Of a DNA stretch of 64,000 bases, positions 23,015 to 37,657 are shown one piece after another (position 1 is the stretch's first letter; each line of letters opens with the position of its first letter). The DNA is from Raillietiella orientalis. Its lineage: Eukaryota. The position numbers and the translations under genes are program-made. The DNA is taken from NCBI GenBank assembly GCA_036172245.1, contig JAYWIR010000016.1, positions 2,914,001 through 2,978,000 of the forward strand, in the 5' to 3' direction. Below the pieces are notes generated by a model that worked only from the letters and a program-made list of their open reading frames with translations, was not told the origin of the DNA and ran no database searches.

Positions 23015-26000
23015 CGCTGTCCCTCGAACTCTGGATCCGTGAATCACCTCGGAGCGTCTACGAGAGCTCCTGGGTTATCTCTGCCCTCTTGAGGAGCTCC
23101 TGGAGAATTTGGCAAGCCCGCATTCCTCGCGTCTTATCGCCGTGCCTCTCCCTGCTCGCGCTCTGGCATCTCATGCCTCCCTTTCATCTCCAGAGGCTTC
23201 TCTTCCCTCCCCACTCGCCCGCTCCCTTGCTTGTCCGCATTTCACCTACAACGAGATCGTCTGGTCGATCATGACGGACACCATCTTTAAGGCGGTCTCT
23301 TCCGGTCGTCCCAGGGCGCCCCAGTGAAAGAGCCTCTTCCGGATCGCCCATGTACACGACAGGAGCAGGAAAGACCCCTTCTCGCGGGATGAGGGGAGCG
23401 TCCTTGCTGGACCGACCGTTGTCTGCAAGCAGCGAAGCACCCCGCGAACGCAGAGGCCTTTCCCGCATTCTTTCTGTTTAGGGTTTCCCGCCCTGGAAGG
23501 GTTGCGTAAATCCGAGCCTCTCCTCTCCTTTGGAAGCGGCCCAGCAGTCGGGACGGACAGAAAAACCTGCAGGACAGCACAGAACGGATCCCTCCGGGCG
23601 ACCTTCGCGACCGATCCAGGAGCAGCGCCCTCTCCCCTACCCCGACTTCCGTGACAACCGCGGGCGAGCAGCTCGCCTTCGGGCAGCGTTTTCCTGACCG
23701 CGACGAGGACAGCAGGACATCCGCTGCTTCTGGGGCGGAATGTTTCCGCTTGACCTTTGCGGGACGGTCCGGCAGGCTCTTGCGGGTCACCGCCCTCGTC
23801 ACTTCAAGGGTTTCCTGCTCGCGCCCACCTCGACCTCCCTTCCCTCCCTCTGGCTCCTCGCCAGAGGACGAGTCGCGCTTTTCCTTCTCCGGCGCCCCTG
23901 TTGGATCAGATACTTCCCAGCTCCCTCGGGCGGGGACTGGCCATCTCTGCTTCGGGGCATTAGGGGGCTTCCATCCATGGGGGTCCGAAGGCTTCTGGTC
24001 TCCATCCTCCGAGAACCCCTCCCCACCCTGGGGCTTCGTGGGGAGCCCAAGATGCGCAGACTGCATCCACTGCCATGAGCGAGGGTTGCCACCCGGATCT
24101 GGACAGGAGGTCCGCGCTCTTGCCTCTGGAGCCTCCCACCCCACCCCGCCATTCCTTTCTGGCTTCATTGATTTTCGGTCTCCCACGAAGAGACCAAAGC
24201 GATCCTCATCAAAGACGATCGCTGTGGCCCCAAGGTTTCGGGAAAGGCAAGGAAGAGGTGGACGCGCATGAGCCAGAGCAGAAGGGGAGGGGGGAAATGT
24301 CGGATTGGGAGCTGGCGGCTCCGAAGACCCGGATCGCGGAACTGAACGCCGCAGGCAGCTCCCAGAGCCTCGGCTCATGTGGCTCTTTCTGGGAGCGCGG
24401 GATGCGCAGGGATCTCAGGAAGGAGAGGGAGGAGACAGCAGTGCACTGCAAGAGTCATCTCGCCCAATGCGAGGGACATGGAGATGCCTGGGGTCGAGGA
24501 GAGGGGAGGAGGATCTCGGAAGAAAATCGTAGCGCCACAGCCGTGGGGTCTTGGGGGACCTGCTGTTTCCAGGGAGCTCCTGTAGGTTCGGCGCCGCACC
24601 GTCGGTTGGATAAGAGCTCAAAGGTCAAGTTCAAAGGTCGCAGCGGAACGATTCGTTTTCGCAGCGATTTTCCGTGGAAATGCGGAATCTTCCTAGGAAA
24701 ATCTCAGCTCCCCCTGGTGCGGTCACGGTGGGGGCTCCTCGATCCTCAGCCGCCATCAAGCCTACGGGGGTAGAGGCACCGCCATCCGTGCATCCAGCGT
24801 CGGCAGCACGTGCGCGGATCCGAAGATCAGCGCGCTGCACACGGAAGTACGGACATGGAAGTCGCCCGCCCCACCATCCGTGGACCCTCCACGAAGGATT
24901 CTTAGTTTCCTGAAGATCAACGGCTCTGTTCCGTGGCTGCCCCTCCGGTCGCATCTTAGGATGAGACCCTCGATGACGTCTCAGGGGCGGGAATCGTCCG
25001 CGGCGGACCTGATTGACTCAGAGGCTAACGAGAGAGCTCTGCCGACCCGCAGGGGCTGTTGGGATGACGTTGGCGACTGGAACGGATCCATTGGATCGCA
25101 CCTCACCAGACAACCAAAAGCTTAGTCTGCCCTCCAGAAAATTGAGAAAAGCAATCGGGAACATCGCTGACTGAGAGAGGGAGGGAGGGAAAGAGGGGGG
25201 GGGGGAGGTGTACGCTCAAATTCCAAAATAGGAGAGAGCGCGACCTACGAGCGCGGCGGCATCACCGTTTCCCCTTCTCCCTGCTCTTCCAGAACGTCGC
25301 TCCCCCTCTCCTGGAAGAGCAAATCCTGATGACCCTGTTGGTGCTCCAGGAGATCCGAGGTCACCTCCTCCGAAGGATCGTGGACCCTTTTAAAGGCTGA
25401 TAGATGGAAAGGTCGATGCAGGAGCCGGCAGTGTCGATCGTTCGACCGCCTGACCCGACCCTGCTGGTCAATCCTCCCCGTGGAACCGAGTGCCAGCGCG
25501 GCTCTGCCACGGAATGCCTTCCGGGTGGCAGGGCATGCCGAGCAGTGGAGGTTGCGACGTCATGGAGACGCAGCGGGGAGGGCAGGACGCATCCCAGAGA
25601 GCAGATGGATGATCCACACGACAGAAGTACCCTCTGCGCACGGCCCTTTCCGCCGGTGAGTATGAAAGGAGCGCGGCTGTACTTTCCCTGCTTCCTCGTT
25701 TCCTCCAGAGGGTGCCACAAACCTTTAGAGGGACGAACCCGCCCGAAACAAAATTCCAGGAACGCCAGCAGGTCGTGGGATGGCGGCCACTTCCGAGAGA
25801 ATCCCCCTTGGCCTTCCCACAGGACTAGAAGGGAGAGAGAAACCCAGGTAAACGTCTGGAGAGGACTCATCAGACGGGCCCTCCAGCTACAGACCCCTCC
25901 CTTTTCGTGGAGGAAGAACGAAGAGACCGAAGTTGCTCCGATGAGCCTCGCATTCCAATGGGCCTTCCAGAGCACCCTGACGGAGGGGTGGGGGGTCACG

Positions 26001-29000
26001 ATGGCAGAATTTTGAGTTGCCAGGATGGGTCTCCGTCGCCAGGGAAGGCTCCTCTTCTTCACGGACGATGGTTTTCAAAGGGAAAAAAAATCCCGACCAC
26101 ACAGGAAAATTCTGGAAAATCATTCGCTGTGGAAGGATCGACGAATAGAGGTAGGAGTCAGTAAAGCGGAAGTAGACAGTGAAGGGAAGGGAATGAAGTT
26201 CCTTGGATTTACCAGGCGGGACGCTTTGCGGAGAACCACTTTCAGTAGGCATGGAGGCCGACCTACTCTTCGCGAGCGCGTGGCTTTTGTGGAAGCATCG
26301 GCTTGCCGCCGAGCTGCCTCGTAGGGGGAGGGAGGGTGGGAAGGGTGATCCCAGAGTCTTTGCAGAGCCAGGGTCAGCGAGACCGAACATAAGGAGACAT
26401 GCCGAGAGCCCCTGCATTTGACTCGTGTGGAAAGCAGTTCGTCTGTGCCGGTCAGGAGCTTCTGGAGATCATGGGTTCTCGAGTCAGTCTTCTCGGCCTG
26501 TGCTCCAGCTGACGCGGCGCGTCAACAAACGCCTGCATGGTGGCGTGTCGACGAGATCGGGTATCGGACAGGAAACCCCATACTGTTCAGCACCTGGTGT
26601 TGGTGCTGGAGTCATAGCGGAGGAGCGAGAGAGAGAGAGGGAGGGAGAGGCTCTGGAAACCTTGCCGGACTCGTGCCTCGGCACGTGCCAGCTTGCGCTG
26701 ACGATCTTCTGCTCCTGTAGCCCACGTCGGTGCCGGTGGCAGCACTCGAGGATTCCTTCGAGTTGATCCGTCAGGGAGCAGCGAGAACGTGCCACCAACA
26801 CGACGAAGTCGGAGGTCGTTCCGGTTGGTGCGACGTAAGCGAGACAGCCGGACGGATCCACCAAAGGACCCACGGCCAGGAGAAGCAGGGAAGTCACGAA
26901 GCGTTTTCCAAACTCTCCGAAGAGATGCTGCAATAGATCCGAAAAGCACATGCGAGATCGTTTCTGGTCCCCGTACCTGAAACGGTTCGAAGAGACGCTT
27001 CCCTTCGTCCAGAAATGTGGGTGGCGGCCGCGTGAGGCAGGCCCCAGCGCACGGAGCCGCATGCTGCCAGCCGATGGGGGAGCACGCAGCTGCCCCGATA
27101 AGAAAGGTAAGATCTCGATATCCGAGGGTGGGATGTTGGCTTAGCCCGCCCGATGGAGCAGCCCTTTCGCGCGGGCACCCGGTGTCGCCGCGCAGGCCAT
27201 CAAGGAGTTTCGTTGCTTCTGCTGTGGAACACGAGAACTCCCACCCCGCCGGTTGGCGGCTGTCGTTCCCAGCTCGTAGGGAAAGCAGCGCTGTGACGGA
27301 TAAGGCAGGCTCGCCTGTACCGCAGCGCGAGAGGAAGTGTGCCCTCCCTCTCCACCCACTCCAACTGTCCCACATGCGGGGAGAATTGGAATCCTTGCCG
27401 CATGTGCTTACGGATTGCGCTGCCCTTCGACGAGCAGATGGGAGAACCATTCAACGCTCCTGCAACTCTCGGTGGCCGACCCCGAATACATGCCGAGCAT
27501 CGTCTTCGTGAGCAGAACGACGAATGCCTGTCTGTGCGGTCGCAACTCGCTGCTGCCTCCGCGACGCAGGCGCTGCGTTTCCACCCGGTCGCACCGGGTC
27601 GTTCATTTAACCAAAAGAAAGCAAACCGGTCGGGAACTCGGTTCCCAACCGAAGACGAAAGTTCAAAGGGAGGGCCACCGACACGCAGGTCGGGACAACT
27701 AGAAATAGGGAACGGAGGGGAGGGGTCAATAAATAAATAACTCAGCAAATAAAGGGAGGGCCGGCATTTCACCCGCCTCCCCAAAACATTCGAACCTTTT
27801 TTCGATATTGCTTTATTTATTCTTTTCGTTCATCCCCCTCCCCTTCGCTGCGGAGATGGTCCTCGCCGGTCTGCGTACCGGCAACTCGGCCAAGTTCTGT
27901 GTTTGTTAGGACGTGATAGGACAAATAAAGGGAAAATGGGAACAGGGGCAGCCGGTCTTGGTCGTTCCTTCTTTTCGGAACCGGCACTGGATATCGGCGA
28001 TCTTCACTTCTTCCAGGTGAGGCCATCTTGCAGCCGTCCTCATGCAGCTGACATACGGGTGGCCTCCCTTCACGGCGTCTCCAGCACCCAGCGGGCCGTG
28101 AGGATGGCGCGGATGCAATCCAATCGTTGCGGTCTCTGAGCTACTCGGGAGTCCGTCGGACACGAAGAATCTCCGCAGCAGCTCACTCAGCAGGGCATCC
28201 TTTTGGTACAGGAGCGCTGATTCCAGCCTCCGCTACAGTTCTTGGTGGCGTATTTTCTGAAATGGTGCAGAACTCACATCGCCGTATATATCCGCGGCTG
28301 TCACATCTCGGTCTTAGGGCAGATAGCGCTGCAGCAAGAGGTGTGGCGTCCAGAGCGGACACAGGCCCCGCACGAAACGTAGCCGGAAGAGCCCGATGAC
28401 ACGGGAATGCTGTCACCACGACGACTTCCTTCTTGAAAGAGGACAACGAGATGGCCCTACCTAGTGGATAGTGGACCCTCCCGCAACAGCTGTTGGACTG
28501 TGCTGCCCTCCGACTCCCTTGGGAATCGCCTAGCGACGGCCCTTGGAATCCTAGTGGGCGGCCCGAGGGTCATTTTGAAACGCCTCTTTGCGCGTGCCGC
28601 ACTGACTCCAGACGCGGTCCCCCGAGGTGAAGCTGTCGTGGTGACAGCTTCGTCTCCGACTTTGCCACATGAATCATCGATCCAGAAATAACAGCAGTAT
28701 TTAGCTGCAAGGATGACTGCTAATAACGCCACTATGTCTTCTAAAGATCTCCGATACCTCTCTTTACATAGACTGTAGAAATGCTGCACCCGTCATCGCT
28801 AAGTTGGTGCTCTTCGCGTCTTTTCCTTGAGTGTCTGTATGAACAGCAGTTGCCCACTCCTAGCAAAGACATCATCTCACAGATCCCGAACCTCGAATGA
28901 TGCTCACTGGATGACACACACGTCCGAATTTCTCTCGCCACTGAAAGACAACTTGCTGAAGGTGACTGCACGGTTAACAGAGCTACCTCTCAAGGAAGAG

Positions 29001-32000
29001 GGATATAGCATCGGACAGTATGCCCGCTGTGTGTATTCAACTTTTTGTTCACAAAATAATGCTAATAAGGATTTGCATCTTCTTTGCCTGTCTCTCCTCT
29101 TCAACTATCCCTGTGATTTTCCTTTTCCTTTCGAACGTCCGCCCATTATGGACGATGGTACATCTGGTGTTTGCAGCACCCGGGAATTCTCTTATATCAG
29201 AGATCATCACCTCTTTTCTGATCCATTACGCATGCTTCTTGGGAATTTTACGAATGTTTTAATACTTCATCATTTCCTGGATCCCGAAATCCTACTACGG
29301 TTGCTCTCTCACGGTGCTTTTTCGGAGACGAAGTGGAAGGACAATCGTCGATGGTTGTTCTCCTTCCACCGCCCTGCTTCCTACAATTCTGCTGATGAAA
29401 ATTCATAGATGCAAGCGACACCAGTACGGTTACATTCTCTTCCTCTTGGAAAACTTCCCATCTTCTGAAGCTTCTGCATCAGCGCTATCCTTCGTGGGCG
29501 ATGTCCACAAGGCTGAGTCACTTGCTTGAATGAACTTATAATCTGTAAACCGAAGGTGCTCTCCGTTGCACAGAAAATGCCCCGAAGCCCGATACTGCCA
29601 TGGGCTTCCTTTGATGCGAGTGTTTTGCCCATGAGGGATGTTCACTCTGCCTTGCATTAAACAGTGCTTACGATTGAATGGTGATTTTCTTATGTATCAT
29701 TTAACGTAACCTTCAGCACTCTTACCTCGTCCATTTTATTTTTGCAGACCTTGCCTTTCCAACGTTCGAATGCTTCTGATGCCGCTGCTAGGTTTTGTTC
29801 CACTTTCGACCGTCGATCACTCCAGACATGAAAAGGATTTCACGATCTTCATTCGCTGGACGTCAGTCGTTTTCCCTCATCTGATCTCATCGATCTCCTC
29901 CCCAAGTGTCCCTTGGGATGAATCTTCTCCTGCGGATTCCGGAGAGGTTGACAGTTCGAAACGACTGCCAGCATCGAAGACATCCGTCTCGTTGGATACA
30001 TCATGTAGGGCATCGCTAATGGCGAGGCAACCCGCAGGTTCATCAGCATCCCAGTATTTGTTGGTCACCCTTTCTCGCCTCCCTGAATATTCTCGGCCGA
30101 GGCAGTGAACCACCTCAGGAAAGAAGGTTCCTATGGCATGTGAGAGCCGCTACGAGAACAACCCGTCATGGACACCGCGTTTGCGAGAGTCTGCTGTTCA
30201 GTAGGCTCCGATTGGCCCATGCTGATGCCTCTTTTTTTTCCTAAAAATTGTAGTTTTTTCCAGCATAGGGACCCAAAGTTCATCGTTCCACGTGTAAGAG
30301 GGTTCGAAAAATTTGCGAGGTAATTACTGGAGTACACATACAGTACACGACTGTTCCTGCAACGCTGAGAACGTGTGAATCGGTGACCGTGTACGACTAG
30401 GCGTGCTCTTATCGAAAAGCTGGTATCCTGAAGAGCATCCGAACAAAGTGGGTGCGTCTGGATTCATAAGACGAAATACATTGCGCAGTTTCACTGCCAA
30501 CTTGGCGCTTATGTAAAGAAAGTCTATTTACTCGGCAAAGGGCAGCGGAAGGATGGCCTGAAGTGTAATGAAAAAGGAGCGCCGGTGACGGATGAAGCTG
30601 GATACCAAAGAAAAAAAAAAAAAAAAAACAAAACAAAAAGTTCACTGCCTCACTCGATCTCTTCGATGTTTGCCCCCCCACTAACACAAATATTTGCATT
30701 CAGTACGAGATTCTGTAAGAGAATGTGGCGCAAAAGTGTTTCAACATATTAAGAGTAATAACTACGTGCTTGTGGTGAAACTTCTCAAAAACATCTCTTT
30801 TGCGTACGTTGAATGACCCACGACATTTTCCGGATTCGCAACAGTTCGTACAAAACACCACAGCTGGTGGTCTCAAGTGTTCTTGGAACATTAAACCCAA
30901 CCCAAATTGATTTCGAATAAAGGGGCAGGAGTGAATGAGAAAGTATTGAAAAAAACATACGTGCTCTTAAATGAAATACTCATCAAATTCAATGCAAATC
31001 ATGTCAATTGGTTGACTGCAATTACTTGCTCGGGATGACCTCCGTGCAAGATTGTTTTCAGAGAACATGGGCATGCATTGCAAGACTCCATACGGCCGAA
31101 CAAGCTATTTGATTCATAAGCTTTTCTACATTAGCGTGCTCTTATGCTCCAAGGAGGCAAAAAACAAAATGTAAGTATGCAATAAATCTTTTAAAATTTC
31201 AAAATGGCAAATGCAATAAGGGAATTTTGTGTGTGCGATGGTAATACGGAAGTTGGTGCTATGAATTAATAAAAAGTAAAATAAATAAAATTGTCAAAGT
31301 ACAAATACCAAAAGACTTCTGCAAAATGATTAAAATGGATTATGATCCAGACACGAAATTTCTTATAACTGAAAAACAGCAATGATATACGTACATCACA
31401 ATTTGTTCATCAGATTTCTGGTATGCTTTGATCAAACGTTTGGTTCCAGTAATAGAATCATCTTGTCACTTACATGTATAAAAATCAGCATCAAACCCAC
31501 TACAATGTTAAATGTTCCAGGGAAAAAGAAGGCTCTTTTTTTTTTTACAAACATTTCGACGAATTCACTACTAGACTGACTTTTCCCCTTTTGTCAGCTG
31601 TTGCTGGGAGAATCTCATAAAGCAATTGCATTTCAAACAATGGCAATGCCAGAGTTTATACCCAATCACTCCACACAAGCATCAAAAGCAAATGTTTCAC
31701 AATTGCATCTTGAAGCAATCATAGAACACTTATGCCAACAACCTTAACATTGCTAACGCCCTGAACTTTTTATTAGAACCCTTTCAAAGTATTTTTAAGC
31801 TCTGTACTTTCCTTTGCAAGTGTTTACGATCGTTGCACTCTCCATGATGAACACGATCAATGTATACAAACCTTTCTTGGATTAGTTCTGGAGTAATAAT
31901 GACAAAACCGCCATGTGCATTTAAATTTGGGAATCTTTGGCCCTCACATACTTTCGCCATAATTTCCCATCGATTTCTTCATGAGGCTTTGGGATTTTGA

Positions 32001-35000
32001 ATCGCAAAAATAATTTTACTATTAAACACGAATTCATGCATGAATGTGTTTGGTTCAAAAAGAAAACCACTACCCCTGCAATCAAGTTCTATTATGTCAA
32101 GTCTCACAATCTCATTTCCCAAATAAAATAACAAAGGGATCATCCAATTCACTTTTGACAAATATTTCTTTGGATTATTACATAATAGAGTATTAATTTC
32201 ATCACACTTATTTAGACTTTTTTTCCTTTTTTCCAAGAAGCGGTCACAGAGAAAAAAAAAAATTTTTCGTTCATACTCCATCAATACTTTTAAGAGTAAA
32301 AATCCTTAATCCATTCTCAAGAATTCTGAAGACTATTGAAAAGCCCAACTCAATTAATACAGTCAAACACACATTCATTTATGGACTGATGAATTATGTG
32401 AATAATTTTGTCCCAGAAAGCACTTACTATTTGCATCAGCTAACCGATATAGGCAATATATAAAGGGTTTGTTGGTTAGTTTCGTGTCTGATAAAAAATA
32501 GCACACTATTGTCGATATTTCAACAATTATGTACACCAAAAAAATAAATACACATGACAATGATAAATATTTTATAACACATACGATGAATTTCTTAAAT
32601 TTATGAAATCAGGGATTGATCCACAGCTGTGTGTCCCAGGTACACTGAATCCGGTCAGCATTCTCTTAAACTTCAGTTCCTTAAAAGTCCTAATAACAAA
32701 ACAACATTAATTTTTATAAAAGGCTGAAAAACTCCTAGGCTGGAAGATCAAATTTTCAAACTTTTTGAAATCAAATTTCATTTTATTATTTTTTGAAAAT
32801 CTCGAAAACAAGATCTCCTTGGAACACAGTATCCATTCCATTTAATTTACTTCTGATAAAGTGGTTTTAATTAATTCGAGACTGTATCTGAAGTTTTCGA
32901 TCATTTGAACATGGAATTCAAATGAAGATCGTTTCAGAACCTTGTGTATGCAGTTAACTTGACAATTAAGAAATGCTCTTAAATTGTTCAAAGACTGCAA
33001 AATCATGTCCCAACACAAAATGCTCAGTAGAAAATGCACTTTAGAAATACAATATAAATCGAAAGAATCAGGGTTTTCAACGCTTTAAAAAGGTTTGTTG
33101 CGGGCGTCTATACATGTACATGGGTGAAAATTGAACAGGCAGGATGAGGAAATACTGTTTGAACGTTTTACAGAGCCTCCAAAAATGGAAAAAACATTAT
33201 TCGTTACTTCTAATTACTCACCTTACATACGACAGCAAAGGAAACAAAATTTGCATGGGGGTACCGTGCAACAAACAAATCCAAATTTCGAACAAAACTC
33301 CACATGTTCCAACTCCAACTTTTATGTTACCACTTCAGCCATTAGCATGCAACATTTTACTGAGTAAGCATGCTGCAGGGTTACTCATTCTCTGAAGGAA
33401 AAAAGTACTATCTTTTAATAAAAATTATTCAACTGGGTTATCATCATCACTAATGAGTACCATATCTTGGGGAAAAAAATCGGATTTACCGATGAAAAAA
33501 TAAATACATGTTTAGAGCATAAGCGGTCACATTCTTACTTTGAAATATTCTTTTGACTCTTACTATGATTAGTAATCGGATACTGGACATGAGTACGCAT
33601 GTTTGATATGACCACTTTTCAAAACCTGATATCTAAAAGATCAAATACCAGATTGATCGAAATCTTTGTTTGGTGAGCATGGGAAAAAAAAATATGCCAT
33701 CTCTGATTTTATCGACTCAAAGTTCCACATTTTAGAAAATTAAACCACACTAAAACTCTTCCAAAACCAAACGCCATAAGGAAAAAATGCATTATGCGCA
33801 AAAATGCATAATACGAAAATGTATTTGATAGTTACGTTCTTCACATATGACAGAAGAACAAGGAGAGAAAGGCCTGATATTCAGGTCATGGTATTTTTAT
33901 AAGAGAAGAATGCGGATGTTATACGCTCATAATTCGCACTGCAAACTGCACATTACACAAAATAATAGAAATGATGAACCTATTTTTTCATCACAATGCA
34001 TTTGCTGAGCAGTATATGCCCGTACACTGCAAACACAGATACACTGTGAAATCGGATGCTTGGTATTTTGAGACAGTAAAAGTCACTAATGCATTATACA
34101 TTTCACGTGTCCATCTTTACAGGATGTGAATTACGTTAACTAGAGCAATCACAAAAAACATAAAATTCTTATACTCTCGTAAGCATCCACTGTCTTCAAA
34201 GTTGCAAACGTTTCTGATCTGAAAGTTTAGATTATACCACTGGTAGCAGCCACGGTTCAGCTACAAGCTCGGAAAATCGACTATTTCGTTGAAACTAAAA
34301 AAATTAGCAAGTTGATACAATGATAGCACTCGTTAATATCGGTAAAGAGCTGTTAAATCGCTTCAACTAGGTCTTATCTTTCACGTTTTTCGTTTATGTT
34401 TTACCTGTCAAAGAGCTTGGATTTGGGGCCGCCGGTTTCGAACGGTGCTAAATCCATTAGGCGGTCAGGTGTCACCTGACAAGGCGTTTTCCGAATGGGA
34501 AATTTACTGATTTTCAAACGGGTCCCAAATCACGCACTCCTTTGTGTACGTGATGATGGCCTCTGCCCCTGGCGGTTTCTTGAGGGTGTGGACGTGCCGC
34601 TTTCAGAACATTCGTAATCCACGCTTCCCGTAATTCAAGATCCGGTGCAGTTGTGGAGCGGCTGCGTCGGTAATGATGTGCGACTTCAATCTTGATGTCT
34701 CGGAAGTCAAGCACCGCTAGCTTTCTAGCGGTATTTGACTGGACTCGAAATTCGTAGATCAGATAAAGCTTAGATGACTTTCGTCGCACGCCCAGGGGGA
34801 AAGCACAATGTCGAGATCTCACTAGCGAAACACACAGATTTCGAATTTCGTGGGAACACTGTTTTTCGATTCACAACAAAAGCTGCAGCTGCGGAATCCA
34901 TTCATGCAATATCTAAATGAAAACCACTCAAAGAATATACAAAACAATCAATTCTGCAGTGGTGGACCACGAAATGCGTTCGCAAGATTCTGCAAATCTA

Positions 35001-36910
35001 GGAGTATCAGACTTCGTTTTGGGGGATGAATGGAACTGGGAGATGGGGATGACCAGTTCGGCGGAAAACGAATGTGCTCCATGAGAAACTGACGATGGAA
35101 ATAACGCACAAGGCTGAAAACGAATCGATAGATGGCAGCCTTCTGCCTGCCAATGTGTAAATTAAAAGCCACATCCACGAAAGGTGCCTTTGTACATACA
35201 TTTGCGACTTCAGAGAGGGACAAAGCATCCTCTCTGTGAACCACCAGTTATTTTCCGCAACGAGGCACGGAATCAGAAACATCAACCACAGTCGGGCAAA
35301 GGCATGCAGAAGATGTGAAACATTAAAATGAATTTTAAGCTTCGGACTTGAATGAAGACGTACGTACGCACGGTGCAAATCGCGTGACTACACGCACATG
35401 GCTTCAGCAAATAGGCAGCAGCATCTGACAGAAAAAAAAAAAAAAAAAGGAAAAAAGGCCGATCTGCACACATTTCCATTTGTTTTTCCTTTGATTAATA
35501 CAGGATTCACGATATTCGATGGATGGCTTCCCATCAGTTCGTTTCCAAAAAACATAACTGCACGATCTTTGTTCTCAATAAGAGAGAAATACGCTTTGCA
35601 ATGTACTCAGCCGGCTACTGGCGAAAAGGCATTGCCATGTTCGTTACCGGGATACAGATGCAGGATTACCATAAACTTTCATTGATGGCTCACAATTGTT
35701 TCCATCAGCCTCATTACCAGGTTATAAAGCAAGAAGTAAACAAGTCATAAAGTGTTTTTTTACGGCCGGAAGGTCCAAAACGGGATGAAACTGGAAGCTG
35801 TTTTTCGATGAAATCAAAATGAAACGAAATCTTTCTCAAGATCTCGGGCGAAGAGAAAACAAGAGCTCGCACAGCTACAATTGCGAAATTCGTTTGCTTC
35901 GTGAGAAGCATCGGAATTTCTCAAAATGCAATGAGATTAGAGATTACGAATCGATAAAATGATTGAAAAGCGAATTGCGTGACACCCAGCTCAAAGGAAT
36001 GCATTCACAGGATGGAAATCTTTCTGCCGCTAACATCATGAATTTTTTTCATTGCCTGTGTCTCTGTGGAGCAAAAAAAAAAAAGTGTACTTTAGAAGCA
36101 ATACAAATGTCACTCTTTACATGATCAAGTGTGTTCGTGCTATACATTCCGTTGTGCGATTGCATATAGGACTACAAAAGGTATTTGAATCGAACTACCG
36201 GAAAAAAAAAAAGGAAAATAAATAAATAAAAGCTTCTCCCCACGAATCACGACTCTCAAAAGAACTTCCCAAAGAATCAACACAACTCCAAAGCTCGTAA
36301 TAACTCATTTCGACTGATAACCAGCAAGCTATCTAATCTTGAAGCTTGGAAAACCTTTCTGAAACAGATGAAAACCTCGGAGGCAACAAAAGGCCAAGCG
36401 TTACAGCGAAAACTGCAACTTGAAATAATCTACTTATCGATGAAGACGATATCTGTGGGAGAGCGTGCTCGAGGAAGACATGCTTACAGGAAATCACCAC
36501 GTGTGCTAACTCTACACTTACATTCATGTGAAAACACCGGAAGTATGTGTAAGGAAAACTGAAGGCAAAACACATGAGTGTATTTATTACACGAAATGAT
36601 GGAACCTCCTGCATTCGAAGAGCGTTTCTTGCATAATCGTAGCAGTTCAGTAATTCACCTCAGGACTTTGGAGTCGAAAGGAGATTTAAAACTTCCGGAA
36701 CTGAATCGATAAAAATTACGAGGCCGGACTGGTTAGAACACTTAAAGTTCAGAGGAAAACCATGAAGTTTCCACCAAAACAATACATCACTTCGTTTTTG
36801 TTTCAGAAGAGAACGTTATTTCTTAATATCGAATTAAACAATGAGGCCGCCACCTTAGCCAGCCCTGGCGACAACAGGAAGTCAATCAAACCATGTGATC
36901 GGCTGATTTG

Positions 36911-36970
36911 ATTGGTGCGTTCGAGAACATATGATTTTATTTGAACTAGCACCTGTTAGTGGTTATATAA
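36911..36970 (+). promoter_or_regulatory. Putative core promoter of FABP paralogue 2 (reverse CCAAT + TATA box)
   Basis: ATTGG at 36911-36915 and TATATAA at 36964-36970, about 50 nt upstream of the ATG at 37020. Confidence 0.55.
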
Positions 36971-37019
36971 GTTTCTTAAATATCAGAGTTAATCCTGGTC
37001 AACTTCAGCATTCAACAAA

Positions 37020-37657
37020 ATGAGTTTTGTTGGCAAATACCGATTAAGCAAGAGTGAAAACTTTGACGATTACATGAAAAAGCTGGGTAATACTTGTATT
37101 TTCTGGCGTGGTATCTTTTGTACATTGTTTTTGTGCCTGTAAATGCCCATGTGATTTGATGTGCTTTCATTTATATAGTTTTTAAGCTATGTGTATTCAA
37201 GTGTTTTGATTGTCACGTTTTCACGTTATTGCAGATGTAAGCTTTATGTTGAGAAAACTTGCTTCAACAGCTACTCCCACACAAGAAATTTCTGAAAACA
37301 ATGGCAACTGGACCATTAAAACAGTTACAACGTTTAAGAAGACGGAGATAAATTTCAAGCTGAATGAGGAATTCGATGAGGAAACGGCAGACAATCGACA
37401 AGTTAAAGTATGTAATAGCCTTTTGTTGGGAAAAGACCTGATGTTATCCATCTAGACAGTCATCACTAAGGAAGATAACAAACTAGTACAGCATCAAAAA
37501 GGACAACCGATGGATACAACACTCACAAGAGAATTCAATGATGAGGGGATGAAAATGGTAAAAACAGAATTCTAAAGAGACTGCCACCTACTTCATTTTT
37601 CAGACCTTAGTCGCTGATGATGTGGTGTGCACTCGTTGGTATGAACGGATTAACTAG
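37020..37657 (+). CDS. FABP: Fatty acid-binding protein (iLBP family), paralogue 2, 131 aa
   Basis: Exons 37020-37086 (67 nt), 37235-37407 (173), 37456-37557 (102), 37604-37657 (54), all GT-AG. Product MSFVGKYRLSKSENFDDYMKKLDVSFMLRKLAS...FKLNEEFDEETAD...CTRWYERIN. AATAAA follows at ~37685. Confidence 0.97.

Noticed and set aside
26730..26936. VAALEDSFELIRQGAART resembling kinesin helix 3
   Set aside because: No neighbouring P-loop or switch motifs; likely coincidence.
34420..34530. Possible MITE (GATTTGGG...CCCAAATC with an internal 8-bp palindrome)
   Set aside because: The arms are too short, with no TSD or second copy.
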